A stretch of 64,000 nt of DNA. Origin: Adineta vaga. Its lineage: Eukaryota > Animalia > Rotifera. Within the stretch, counting starts at the first letter, position 1; every line of letters starts with the position of its first letter. The stretch is taken from contig CP075496.1 in NCBI GenBank assembly GCA_021613535.1, forward strand, positions 8,308,001 through 8,372,000. Reading direction: 5' to 3'. Below, in pieces: positions 28,869-41,820 of this stretch. The translations under genes and the position numbers were made by a program. The notes under the pieces were generated by a model. The model ran no database searches. It had not been told where the DNA came from and saw only the letters and a list, made by a program, of their open reading frames with translations.

Positions 28869-30132
28869 TCACGTTTGACTGCTTTGAATGATTGCATCTC
28901 TCGTATTTGCATCCAGATGGGCAAGTTTTTGTTCTTGTGTTTGATTAATATGTATCACGAAACAAATTGAATTATCAAGAACATATGAATTGTCGTTTAT
29001 GTGTAAGAAATTTTTATCAATGAATTCATCAAAACCAAAACTTGCATTAACATCGCTTCCACTTGCATCACAAGATTTAATAATATGCTGCAACGGTTGT
29101 GTACCTTGATCAACCAAAATAAATTTAATACCGGCAGAAAAAGGATTATGAATTGGAAAATTTAAATGCAATTTAATTGAAAGATATTTAGACTTTGCAT
29201 TACCATTGAGATATAAACGCACCCACACCTTGTGACCATTCAATGGTGTTTGAAATTTTGGCGAATCGATATAAATTTTTCTTCTGCATATAGCATCATC
29301 TATCTTTTGCCGGACATCCTCAATTTTCCATATGAACATTTCCGCTGAGACTGATTCCTCCGCTTGTTGTATTCGAAGAAAGTCACTTAGATTGAAGTCT
29401 GATAAGGTAGCCTAAACAACCTATATTTTCATAGAATAATTCCATTTGATAAATGATTACTTCGTGTTCTGTAGACTGTAGTGGCACAGAATGCTGAACT
29501 TCTGTAGTTGGAGGTGTTTCATCAATATCAGATGATGGAAGCATAAAACTTGCAATTTCACTCATTTGTCTTTGATTCAATTGTTCTTCAAATCCTAATA
29601 ATTGAAGATTCGTTGTATAATTTTTTTCTCTATCAGATCGTTCAATTAGAACTTGTAATAATTGTTCCAAGTTAAATGCTAAAACAAACGAAATAATAAG
29701 AGAAGAAAATATGATAGGTCTTACGTGATGATTCATTGATAGAGTTATTCAAAATCCCATCTTCTGAATTGTTCAATTTGAAAATGTTAATCGCATGGAA
29801 AGTTAGTTGTTCCATACAAGCCGGATAGTTTATCGTCGTTGAATTATTTTCTCGCGCTTCTGTCTCATCAACTATTTGAGAAAGTATATCAAGCTCATTT
29901 GAAGCAGATTCGTGTTGAACTCTTTGGTGGCAAAGAAAAGTAATAAAACTTATCAAATGCGCTTGACTTTCACAATGACTCGCCCATTCATTTTTTGGAA
30001 ACTAAAAGAAACTGCGTCGTAAAATTTCGTAGAAATCATCAATAAACATACTGGCTCTTTGCAATGATTTGTACCAAATGGACAAATCATGTGATCTGTT
30101 GAAGCTTCAACCATAGTTTGTTGAGTATTCAT
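28869..30132 (-). CDS. TRAF-like protein: one TRAF-type Zn-finger remnant plus C-terminal MATH domain, no RING
   Basis: N-terminal ICPFGTNHC..FPKNEWASHCESQAH. MATH domain FIWKIEDV...IDSPKFQTPLNGHKVWVRLYLNG..YLSI..KFILVDQ..HI..SFGFDEFI..YVLDNSICF. Confidence 0.85.
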
Positions 30133-30411
30133 TGCTGATATAAAATTGATTCTATAGAAGACAATTTTGATTTACCTATACGCGTGTATGAAATTACTAT
30201 GTAATAGAAAATAGATTTCTTTCGAAGCTAGTAAATGTATCTCAATGTAATGATTATTGTGGAGATATGTTCAACAGAATACTCTTCGACTTTTTTATGT
30301 TACAATCTAATCTACAATAGAAAAAAAAATACATTATTGAATTTTAAAATGTTGACAGAATATGAAAAAAACAAAAGAACAAAGAACAAATTTAATACAC
30401 ACTGTATTCAA

Positions 30412-31634
30412 CTAGTTATTATATTCTATCGATCTTGTATTTTTAATCATTTGTATACGCTGCCTCAAATCTTCTTGAATACTTAAATGTAGTCGATATG
30501 CGTATCGATATCGAGCTTGAGCAAGATTTGTTTTCATGTGACGATTATAATCATGTCCAATATTTACAATACAAGTCGATAGATTCAAAAGAATCAAACG
30601 TGCAAGCACGTCTAAATGTCGTAATACAGAAACAATCAGTGGATATTTCTTACTGAATGCATAACAGCTTCCGAGATTACTACCAGATTGATACAAATAC
30701 ACTTTCTGTATACGAGGATGAATTAATTTGCTGATATGTTCTGTATTTGTTGGATCGCAAAGTATGACAAAATGTGGATCATTTTCGTGATGATCAATAT
30801 GTTTAAGATAAGTGTCTATTGAATTGGAATAATGGAGGATTCCCAATACAGAATGGAGATGTGTGAAGACTTCGTTGCGTGAATTAGCGATGAAAAATAC
30901 ACAAGGCCAAATACCTGAAATGATGAAGAAGAAAATTATAGACTATTTTTCTTAATAGATATTTTACCTGTATCAGCAAATTCCATATGCTGTTTCCATT
31001 CCACAACTGGAGTGACGGTTTCACTAGGATGGATAATATTGTTTGTTTGATGATTATCATGTGTTACATTACTCGAGCTAATTTGATCGGTGGATTCTTG
31101 ACGTTTGAGGGACAGTTTTGATAATGAATCTGTTGGGTCAATATAAATTTGCTCTATTTCATGGATTTCTTTATCATGATTGAGAGATTTACAAAGATCT
31201 GTAATAACATCATAGACTCCTTTGACTTTCTTATAATTTTTCGCCCAATATTCATGATAAGATTTTCTTGCACAAAACACGTATATGGATATAATTTGAG
31301 ATAAACCTTCTATTTGTGGAATAAAATGTTGGCCAGAGCTACCGGATACGATTAAAAATAAGTTAGCATTTGTCTGAAGTTTATTAATAAGTTCCAAACA
31401 TTCTTCTTCATCTTTGACAATAACAAGAGAATTATTCACTAGAAATAAATGTTTGACGGAATTTCGATTGTCTGGATCTTCTTTGTTAATTGATTTATCA
31501 AACCAAATTAATAATACGTTCTCATAATATTCAGAAATATTAGCAGTATTTGTATACTTTTCGAAATCAAACTTTTCAATTGAGAATGAGTAATCATGTT
31601 TTCTCTTCTGTGTACACAGCTGCTTATACGACAT
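30412..31634 (-). CDS. Protein with two receiver-like alpha/beta modules of the kind found ahead of bdelloid ART/TPR proteins, plus a C-terminal TPR-like helix pair (2 exons)
   Basis: Module 1 is LLIWFD...ECLELI...LFLIVSGSSGQHFIPQI..LSQIISIYVFC..K..HEYWA..YKKVKGVY. A degenerate second copy lies in exon 2 (HFVILCD..IQKVYLY..KYPLIVSV). Confidence 0.7.
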
Positions 31635-32200
31635 ACGTTGCTTTTTTTATTATCTCGACGTTGACTCAATGAGTTTTAATGTACAAACTACCAATTGGTT
31701 GTAACATCCAAAATCCTCCGAATATTTTTATTTGTAAAAACTGCCAGCTGCAATTAATATATTTTAATGCGCTATAATAATTGCTTATGAATGTTAACCG
31801 TTTTCTTCACTACAAATAAACATACATAGAAACTACTTCCTATCTAAGGTGCTCGCTTGTGCAATAACACAAATCGTATGAATCAACATGCAGGAGTATT
31901 TCTGTTTGGTTATTGTTTTTTTTCCTTTCTTTTTTAAATAAACAATCTTTATTATTTCTGAGTACTTCATGTGCCTAATTGTATGAAATGACTTCACTTA
32001 TTGCTTTACTTATCACGACAGAATAGTGTTGTTGATGCTTTCTTGGTTGGTAAAAACATAGTTTTACATTTAAAATCTTCGTTCGGTGTATAGCGTCCTC
32101 TATAGATTATATATCTTGTTTCTGAAGTTCGTCGTCAAGTGATGTTTGAAGTAAATGAAAAGAATTTTCAAATCGTATACATATCTAAAGAAAAATAACG

Positions 32201-34584
32201 ATGGGTGACGATCCACGTACAAAAGCTCGAACATTTCTCGAATCATCTTCCATTGTATCAGAAATTGAAGATGTTCTCAATGATCTTGTCTATGAAAATC
32301 CAGAAGATCTTCGTGGTTATCTGGTAACTTAGGATATTTCTGTTCGAACGAATTCTGTACACCAAAATAAAATTTTTAGGCCAATTATTTTTTGAATCAA
32401 AGTAAACAACCGCAAATCACTTCGTTGAATTTAAGGCGACTGACAGGTTCTGCTGGAGAACCTGCCATACATATTGATCTTACAATAGCACTTCGAAATC
32501 GAACTCAAGTAAAGATCATTCGTACTATCAAAAGTTATTTTCCTACTACTTTAAACTTTTTATATAGCGTTATAATGGACTTACTGTTAATTTATCATCA
32601 GGTAAATTAAATGCGCAAACAATGAAGGAATACGAAGCATTTCGTAAGTAGATTACTATGAATATTCAATATAGAATATTAACAGCGCATTTTTGTGTTT
32701 ATTATATTCAGTTAATTCAACATCATTAGCAACAATTCTTAATCGAATTGATCTTTTCGATCATAATACTGTTGATAATCTTCTTACGTATGATATTCAT
32801 TTTTATTCGATTCACTTGTTATCGCTTTTAAATCCGTTTTAGGAATTTTCGCTCTGAGCATGCTAATGAAATGGCGAAATTAGCACTAGTTGAACCAGAA
32901 AATTCCACTGATGAGATCGCACATGAAGTCGTACCTTCAAAACATCCACCTCCAACAAAACGACAAGCAGTAAGTCCTGCAGCAGTTAAACCAGGTGGTG
33001 CTCCACCGCCAAGTAAAAAAGGGTTCGTTTCGTTATTTATAACAGTTTAACATCGAAATAGGTTTGTTTTTGTTAGGACAACAAAAGATATTCAACCCGT
33101 TGAAGTTATTCCTGATGAACCAGAACCATCCTCATTTGCGGGACAATTATTAATTACAGGAATATCATTAACCTCTCGTGTAATAACTGCTGAAATGCAA
33201 CAATCAAATTTATATCGTCTTATACAACTACCATCAATTACGAATCCGACTCTACCCCTACCCATTATTCCAATCCTTCAAAGTGGACCCGAATTTCCTG
33301 GTAAACAAACACTGGTTAAGTACTTTATGCTTATACCAAGGCCTGATAAAATGGATAATGAAGAGGTAGATGATCTTAATTCTGTTTCTTTTTCATCAAA
33401 ATTGATTCTATATATAGTGGCTAAATAAATTACACAATATCATTCAGCATTTACGTGAATCATTAACAACTATCAAAGGAGCAACGGTAAGTTGTAGAAC
33501 TGAAAAACAAGTTTCTATTCAATATCTTTTTTTTAAAATTCTTTTAGCCTCAACAAGGTTATTCTACCGATGACGGTTGTCTTGTTTTCTCTATGGATAA
33601 ACCTGAGCAAGGTTTCGATATTCTTCAAAATGCAGTAAATACTATATGTGGTGCTAAAGAGCATTGGTTTGATTATGCTATACAAATGGCACCCTATGAA
33701 GCATATGATTATGTAAATTTCGAGAAAAAGAGAGACAGTCAAGTATAACTTTCTTTTTTCAGACGAATGGTGTATATGAAATTGCGTCTGGATTGACTAA
33801 AGCACCTGATGACTTAGCTGATCTTTATGCAGAATGGATTATCACATATCCACGTTGTATTATGCTCATTGATCCATTTCGATACGCTGTAAACTTCGTT
33901 TGTTTTTTTTTCTCAAAAAAAATAGACAAATTTTGTTAACGAAACATTCATTCATTTATTTAGGATAAAACAGCGTTATCACGTTTATGTCATCGAGTAA
34001 CAAAGAAATGTTATGTTACATCAACTGATACACGTCGTTATCAAAATAATGATGATAATAATACAATTAATTGTCATCTATTAAGTTTAGATAATGCTCC
34101 AACGATCACTGAATTAACTCAACGTGTAAATACACTTCGTGGTAACTAACTTTTCTTTCGAAAAAAAAAAGAAAGAAAGAAAGAATGATAAATTGTGTTT
34201 TTTTAATAGAAAGTAATGATTATGCTTTGGGATTATTCGAACGAAAGCATCAAGAAGTGGCACAAGTTTATTTAGCTGATCTTGTAAGAAAACAAACATT
34301 AGCTCAATATCATATGATAGTATTTCATTTAGGCTGTTGGATTCGGTTGTCATTTTCTCAAACTTTCTGGTCTTCTTTCCTTAGGTGGTCAAACAACATC
34401 TGTTATTCTTCAACGTCTTTCTATAATTCGTGATGAAATTCAAATGAACGACGGTGATCAATCTGCACGACCAAAACAACATAGTTTTATTCATATTCGA
34501 TCAGCAATTGATATACCGGAACTAGAATTAGCTCCACCAACTTCGACGAACACGAAAAATAAGGACAAGAAAAAGCGACCTTAA
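32201..34584 (+). CDS. ENO4: Enolase 4-like protein, multi-exon
   Basis: N-terminus IEDVLNDLVYENPEDLRGYLANYF (ENO4-type docking-domain-like), Pro/Lys-rich insert, LPLPIIPILQSGPEFPGKQTLVKYFMLIP, YPRCIMLIDPFR and ADLAVGFGCHFLKLSG. Confidence 0.8.
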
Positions 34585-34794
34585 TCTAGTTTGTAAAGAA
34601 AGAATAAAAAAAAGAGAGAAAAAAAAACGAAATTGAGCGGTATGTGTCTGTATGCATTTTGTTATCTATAAGTGTAAAGATTATTATGTGTGCGAAATAT
34701 GATAGTAACTTGGTAAGAGCAAGAAAACGTCGTATTTAGTTTTTTTGTCGTTCTTTTTCTTCCATTCATTTTTAAGTCGCATGATAACGAACAA

Positions 34795-37700
34795 ATGACA
34801 ACAACAGGTTTGTATTGTAATAAGATTTTATTCGAAATTGATTTGCAAATCATCAATCTTTTACTTAATGGGCAAAGAATGGAATGTATAAATTATGAAG
34901 TCTATTTCTCTATATGCTTTGGTATTTCTACAATTATGGTCTATAGAATTGATACGAATCTTTCATACAGTACAATATCCGATAAAATGACAAGTTTCCA
35001 TTTAAAAGCTTCAAAGAAAAATCATACTTTTCAATTGTGAAAGAATTTGAAATCTAATAATTCGAAACTATACTATCAGTTAAATATCAGAAGAAATATT
35101 TTATCTGTTTCGAATTTGTTATTGTATATTAGTTTAATTACTAAACTATTTTAGTTCGAACAAACGGTAAAGATACAACATCATCATTGGTACGTAGAAA
35201 GAATATTTTCCCTTTTTCAAACATATTCAACTCACTAGATATACACAGGATATTGATTATGCTGCAGCTGAAATTCTTGCCATCAATGGATGTCATTACG
35301 TTCGTTTTGCTCTTGACAAACCAGTCTTACGGTAAACAATTTCAACTAGAAAATCCATCTAATCATCATCTATTTAGATTATATAACTTCTACTATTCGA
35401 TGTATTGGTATTGGATAGTATGGTTTGCTGATATAGCATTACTTCTCTTACCTTGTATTGAACGTCCTGCTTATTTTACTAGCGTTCCGAAATGGGTTGC
35501 TTTAATTATTGAAATTCTTGCTTTATCAATACTTTTAGCATCATTTATTATTTCGATGCATTTACAAAACAAACGAAAATTAATACGTGAAGCTGTCTAT
35601 CCTTATGTATTCACTATTGTCTTTCTAGTAAATTGATAAAAAAATATTGTTTTCAAACAAATAATTTACACATATGTTTTGATTGTATTCAGTTAACAAT
35701 TATTGATATGATTATTTATTATGTTTTCATATGGAATAATGATGATACTCGTTATATACGATGGTCACGTCCATTACGTGTCCTTTTTCCATTTGCTTTA
35801 CAATCAGGTCAGCATGTAAGATAGATTTTTGGAAATTATAGTTATGAAATCTTTGCTTTCATAGATTCGTCGTGTAATTCGTAATATTCTTCGAACACTA
35901 CCAAATATTGCTAATGTTATGGTTCTATTTTTACTTTCCGTATCAACATTTACTCTACTTGGTGTTGGAATGTTAAGAAGCAGGTGAATATGCTTATACG
36001 TATTAGAAAATATTTCATTGAAAAAAAAATACTTCATTCTTCTTAGAAAGTTACCACATCCAAATCGAAGAGATCAATATTTTACAAACTATCTAGATAC
36101 AGCATGGGATTTATATGTATTAACAACAACAGCAAATAATCCTGATATTATGTAAGATATTATTTACTGAAAAGAAATTCATCGAAATTAATATTTACAA
36201 ATTTTCTTTTAAATTATATGATACATTCTTAATTTATTTTCAATAGGATGCCAGCATTTAATGTTAGTATGGTATATGTTCTCTTTTTCATGGCTTATCT
36301 ACTCGTGAATTTATATCTATTTATGAATCTACTTTTGGCTGTTATTTTTTCGAATTATAAACAACATTTACAAGTAAATTATTCTCTATTCTTCATCGTC
36401 TAATGTATCATTCGACATTTATTTAGGAAGAACAACTTGTAATTCACAAACGCCAATTAGATACTCTTTTGATTATTTTCGAACGTTTATCATCAAGTAA
36501 TCCAAAAAATCATATATCTTATGAAACATATACGCAATTAATACGTGCCGTTAAATCTGATGTATCCGAAACTATTATTGATGCTTATTGGAAAACATTA
36601 GATATTCCGAATAAAGAAGATGGATTAGGTATATAACGAATAATTTTGAAAAACTGATGTTTTTATCATCGAATAGATTTAAAACAATTCAATGAACTTT
36701 TATTAAATCTTAATTTTGATTTACGAGAACGATATGCTGATCAAACAGTTCTTCAAAAACGATGTCCATCTATCTATAATTCTAAACCAAGTCGTATTAT
36801 TATTGATTTTGTCAATACAAAGTAACTGATATGATTTGAAAATAATATTTTCTAAAAAAATCTTTTCATTTTAGTCTGTTTCGAACAATTATTAATATTT
36901 TAATTATTGCAAATGCCATATGTTTAGCAGCAAGTTACAATGATTTAGAATGGTTTTTCTTAGCAGTATTTATTCTTGAAGCTCTTTTGAAAATGTATGC
37001 ATTTGGTATCAAAAATTATTTTCATCATCGATGGAATATTTTCGATTTTACAATTGTTTTTGTTTCAACGACGTATAGTCTCTTAGCAGCATCCGTTCAA
37101 AGTTGTATATAAATTTGTAGCATAAGACAGAATTTAATATTCATTGTTTTTTAGTTAAATTTGAAAAAAATGTTCTCGATGCAATTCTAGTCATTCGTGT
37201 ACTTCGTCTAGTTAAACTTGTTGGCAATGTGGAGAGGTAAGTTGAATTTGAATTGAAAATTTATTATGATTAAATGACTGTTTAATTTAGATTCAAAGTG
37301 ATCTTTGGAACATTTTCAAAAGTAATACCAACATTAATGACATATCTTCGAGTAATGTTTGTAGGTGAAAATGAAATTTTCTATTGTTACAAAGAGTTAT
37401 TTAATATGCTGAATTTGATTTAGATGACTTATTATATATTTGCAATGATTGGTAAATATGATTAGAAATGAATAGAAGAAAGAAGATTTTAGTGTTTTTT
37501 TTATATTCTAAGGAATGGAATTATTTCAACGTAAAATAGTTTATATTGAAGGAAATTCAACAGAATCACAATATCCTTGTGGTAATAGTGCACTTGAGGG
37601 TTCAGATTTTGTCGCGTATGTTGATAACATATGTTTTGATGAATGCAAGTTTATGTTGAAAATTTAGGAGTAACTATTGTCGAAATAATTTCAATGATTA

Positions 37701-38408
37701 TTTTGCATCGTTAATTCTTCTATTTGAATTGACTGTGGTTAATCAATGGCATGGTAAGTCAATTTTCATAGTCATGTAGCAAAAATTTGATTCGAAATCA
37801 TATAAATATAAAACTCATTTATTCTTGTTAATACTGAGTTCGATGAATTTTTTAGTTTTGGCTTCTGGTTTTGTTGTTGTAACTAGTAAAGTAGCACGTC
37901 TATTCTTCCTTGCCTTTCATTTATGTGCTGTTATTGTCGTACTCAAGTAATAATTTACTTTCCGTTGAATGTTCCCTTTTTCTTAAAATATTGTTTGTAT
38001 TATTTCAGTATTTTTACTGCTTTTGTTATCGATTCTTTTCTCAATCAATATACATTATCGAAAAGTAAAGAATTTCCATGGGTTGAACAAGAAAATATCA
38101 TTGCTGAACGACTTTCTCGACACGGTTTTCGAATTATTCGAAGGTAATCGTTGAATCTTTTTCTTGATTAATAGAAGTCATTTGTTTCATCTAGATATGA
38201 TGATATCAAGAAATCGGAAGAAGAGAGAAAACAAAAATTCAATCTATTAAATTCAATTCGTGCATTCGTTAAACCCTCAATTAATCGTCGAATGACGACT
38301 ATTCTCGAGAGTTTACACGATGAAGAACATGCTCTACTTCTTCGTTGGTCAGGACATATGGATATTGATCCAGATGCTTTATTACATCTAGCCGATGAAT
38401 CCTCTTAA
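34795..38408 (+). CDS. TPCN3: Two-pore channel, TPC3 subtype; exact first exon uncertain
   Basis: Two 6-TM domains. S4-I is IRWSRPLR and S4-II is IRVLRLVK. Pore loops are LYVLTTTANNPDIMMPA and LFELTVVNQWHVLASGF; NQW is characteristic of TPC3. Confidence 0.88.
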
Positions 38409-38884
38409 ATTGACATTTTATTTATCGTATTCAATGAAAAATAAATTATTCTTTTGCTAGTTTTTTATTCTATTAAAAACGAACTTACTTAATTTTTCAC
38501 ATTATTTTAAGTTATTGTAAGCTAATGTAAGATTTGTCTCGCGAAACAATCATGACAATAATGATATATAGATCAGAGTTGAATTTTGTTTTTATTAATA
38601 CCTACATTTCTATATCTTTGTATTATCCTGTCTCGAGTCACGATGTTCTCTTTTTTTGTCTTGGTTTCTAATGATCTTTTATTGAGGCTCATATTTGTCT
38701 ACAAATCTATCGAATATTTTATATTTTCTATAAATAGCAGCAAAATCTTTATAATACAAATCATAAAAAATATATGTAAAAAAAAGCCACATGGAATGGA
38801 CTGTGTCCGTCGAGTTCAAAATAAAAGTATTTTCTTCACTTTATAACAACGGACACAAACATTACGATGTAAATAAATATTGAT

Positions 38885-41820
38885 TTATAATTCCCGATGT
38901 GAATTATTTGTCGTACAAGCTTTAAAAATACAAAAATCAATCAAATTAGTTATCGTAATTTAATTCAAACTTACTTTTTCTACATTGATTGAAACAAGTC
39001 GTATCTAATGTCAATAAAGTTTGATCAATATAATAAAATTTATAGCATAAATAAATATGCAATATTAAGAGAAGAACTCCAATTAAAATAACAATATGAT
39101 AAATAATATCAGTGCCAGTAATTGTATATTTGTCCGTTGATAAAGTCGAATCATGTAAAGCAATTGAATTGATTGATGAATTTGAAACGATTTCATTAGA
39201 AGATGATTTATCGTTTTGATGTTTTTTTCCAATTTGTTTTGAAACAACGAGTGGTTTTCGATTTGATTTACGTTTTGATGGTTTGATTTCTTGTTCTGCA
39301 AGTCTTCGAACTGAATTAAAATGAACTTATAATAAAATATGCAATCAAATACTTTGATTTACCTTGATCATTCACACCAGCTTCTATAGCAGCATTAGAA
39401 TTCTTTTCGATAAATGCTAAAAAAAAGATATTTCATAATTATAATCAATACAAATGAATATAAATATATAATATTACATTTAATAAAACCATTTACACTT
39501 TTGATATAATTGATTTCAGCGCTAATTCTCAATGAACTATGTTCTGAATCACGTTGTGTCATACAATATTGTGTGGCAACAAAAAAAGCATCAGTATATC
39601 TCACTCCTTCATTGTATACTTCTGCTCGTAAGATATACATGACATGTGGTTGTTCTACAACTAATGTCTAGAGAAAATGATGAAAATAATAATTAATTAA
39701 TTTCGAAAATTTCAATTAAAAGACTATGTACCTGTTTTTCTCGACATGTAAGAGTATTCGTACCAAGTACGGATTGATTGATTGTTTTATACGTTACTGT
39801 ACGTTCTCGTTTACCTGTTTCAGGATTTACTGTCCATTCACCATAAATATAATCTATGAAAATAAACAACAAAGAAATATGAATAGATATACTGATATTA
39901 ATATTTACCAGTTAGTTTTTGTGCTTCATGAAAATTCTTATTGAAAGTATTATCACCAGTCATATATTCAAGAAGTGTATCAACGTTATACGTGAACAGT
40001 CGATCAGCAAATGTTCGAGCAAGATGAGTTTCACATGTACAAGATGGAAGATAGATTTCCGTTTCATTTTCATTTTCATTTTCTGAAAAGAAAACGACAA
40101 CAAACAATTTTGATTTGATTCAATCAATTGATGATAGTACCTGACGGTAATGTAATAGGTTTGAGTTCGGAAGTTTTCACTTGTTTTGAACGTTCTGTTG
40201 TTTGACTGGAAGTTATTGGAAGTGATTTCGAATAGGAACCATACTAAACAAAAAAAATTTCGTTTGATAATGTTTTATATTTTCCAAGATTGTTTTTCAC
40301 TTTTTCAATGCTTTCCTGATGACACAACCCTAGTGAAGTCATTTGACAATCGAAAATATTGGCATAAAAATGTTTTTATAGACGACAAGAAAATGTCTAC
40401 TGATGAGTCAATTACTTCTCGCTCACGCATGATTAACTGATAACGAACGAGAGGGAGAAAAAAAGAATGAGTGTGTTTAAACTGATTTTTATGACGTCTT
40501 TCGTCATACTTGTTACTTAATCATTACCTCAGAAGGACCTTCTGTAGTATTCTCTAAATTGATCGAGTCTTCACTATCTGCAGTTGTTTCATCATGACTT
40601 TGTTGATCAGCATAGACGAGTGTTCGTAATTTCTGATAATCTAATGGCTAAAAGAAAGTTTCGAAATTTTATTTTCTTCTTTAATTAAATAATTACTTGG
40701 TCAAGTAAAATATTCTGCCATAGACGGAACATAGCAAGAAAAACCTTTTCTCTTGGTATCAAACTAACAAAGAGATATTGTTCTTGATTTTTTGTTCGAA
40801 TTTTAATTGCATTGGGAACAAGTTTAGCCGATTTTTCTCTTGTAATACTAATTATATCTTTATACGGTATCAATAACTAAACAAAATAAACTGGTTTTTT
40901 TCCTTTGAAAAGATATGTTTTTTTCGTGAACATACACTTTCTTCCCATTTGAAAAAACATGTGTAAAACGAAACATAATTAACAGAAAGAAACATTCGTC
41001 CATGTGTATAAACATCCTTCCGTAAAGCACATGGAAAGGCTATAATTAATGTTAAACTTATAAAATGAATGAAAGATATATTACATACCAATGATTAATT
41101 TTTCATCAGATGGTAAATCACTAAATATCATTGTAAAATCTTCATCACGAAGTTGAAAACCCTATAAAAAGATAAGAATTAAGAAGAATCTAATTTAAGA
41201 GAAAACAAATCGTACTGTTCGTCGAACTGTTTGTCGTCGTTTTTTTGTATTCGTTTCAGGAAGAGACTTTGTTGCATAGATTTGTTTTGGTTTTGATTTA
41301 TTTATATCTTGATTTGTATCAGATGAAACAGCTCTTTCAATATCTTCATTTTCATTGATTTCATTGTTAATAGTTACATTTTGTTCATCCTTTTCAAAGA
41401 CAGTATCTAAAAATTTATTGGAATCATTGATTTCTTTCATTTCTACATGTGTTCATATAACATACCATCTTCAATAGTGGGATCCATTGGATGTTCATTC
41501 GATGACTTTCTTTTTGATAGTACAGGTGGTGATGTATATGACTGCGAACGGTTTCGTAATGATGAGACTTCTGTTGAAGATTCTCTATGAATACTTTTAT
41601 TCTTTTTCGTCGGTATTGATTCATCAATCACTTGAGATGGTGCACCATCAGATTCAACTGTTGAACCTTTATCATCCCGTTTGTGTTTGACTTTTCGTTT
41701 TATATGATTGATCACTGTTATTGTTTTCAGATTTAAAGGACCATGGAGCGAAAAACTTCGTTTTCGTTCTGTTGTGTCATCGATTTCTTGCTTTTCTCCA
41801 TTGTGATGCTGAGACGACAT
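38885..41820 (-). CDS. GRAMD1: GRAMD1/Aster-like ER sterol transfer protein (GRAM + VASt + TM)
   Basis: GRAM domain FPCALRKDVYTHGRMFLSVNYVSFY..F.WE..IPYKDIISITREKSAKLVPNAI. VASt domain AEVYNEGVRYTDAFFVATQYC. C-terminal TM. Confidence 0.88.

Noticed and set aside
41443-41465. Apparent 23-nt in-frame GT-AG intron in GRAMD1
   Set aside because: A second in-frame acceptor 36 nt further on (aatttttag) gives a 59-nt intron, the typical size in this window, with a better pyrimidine tract.
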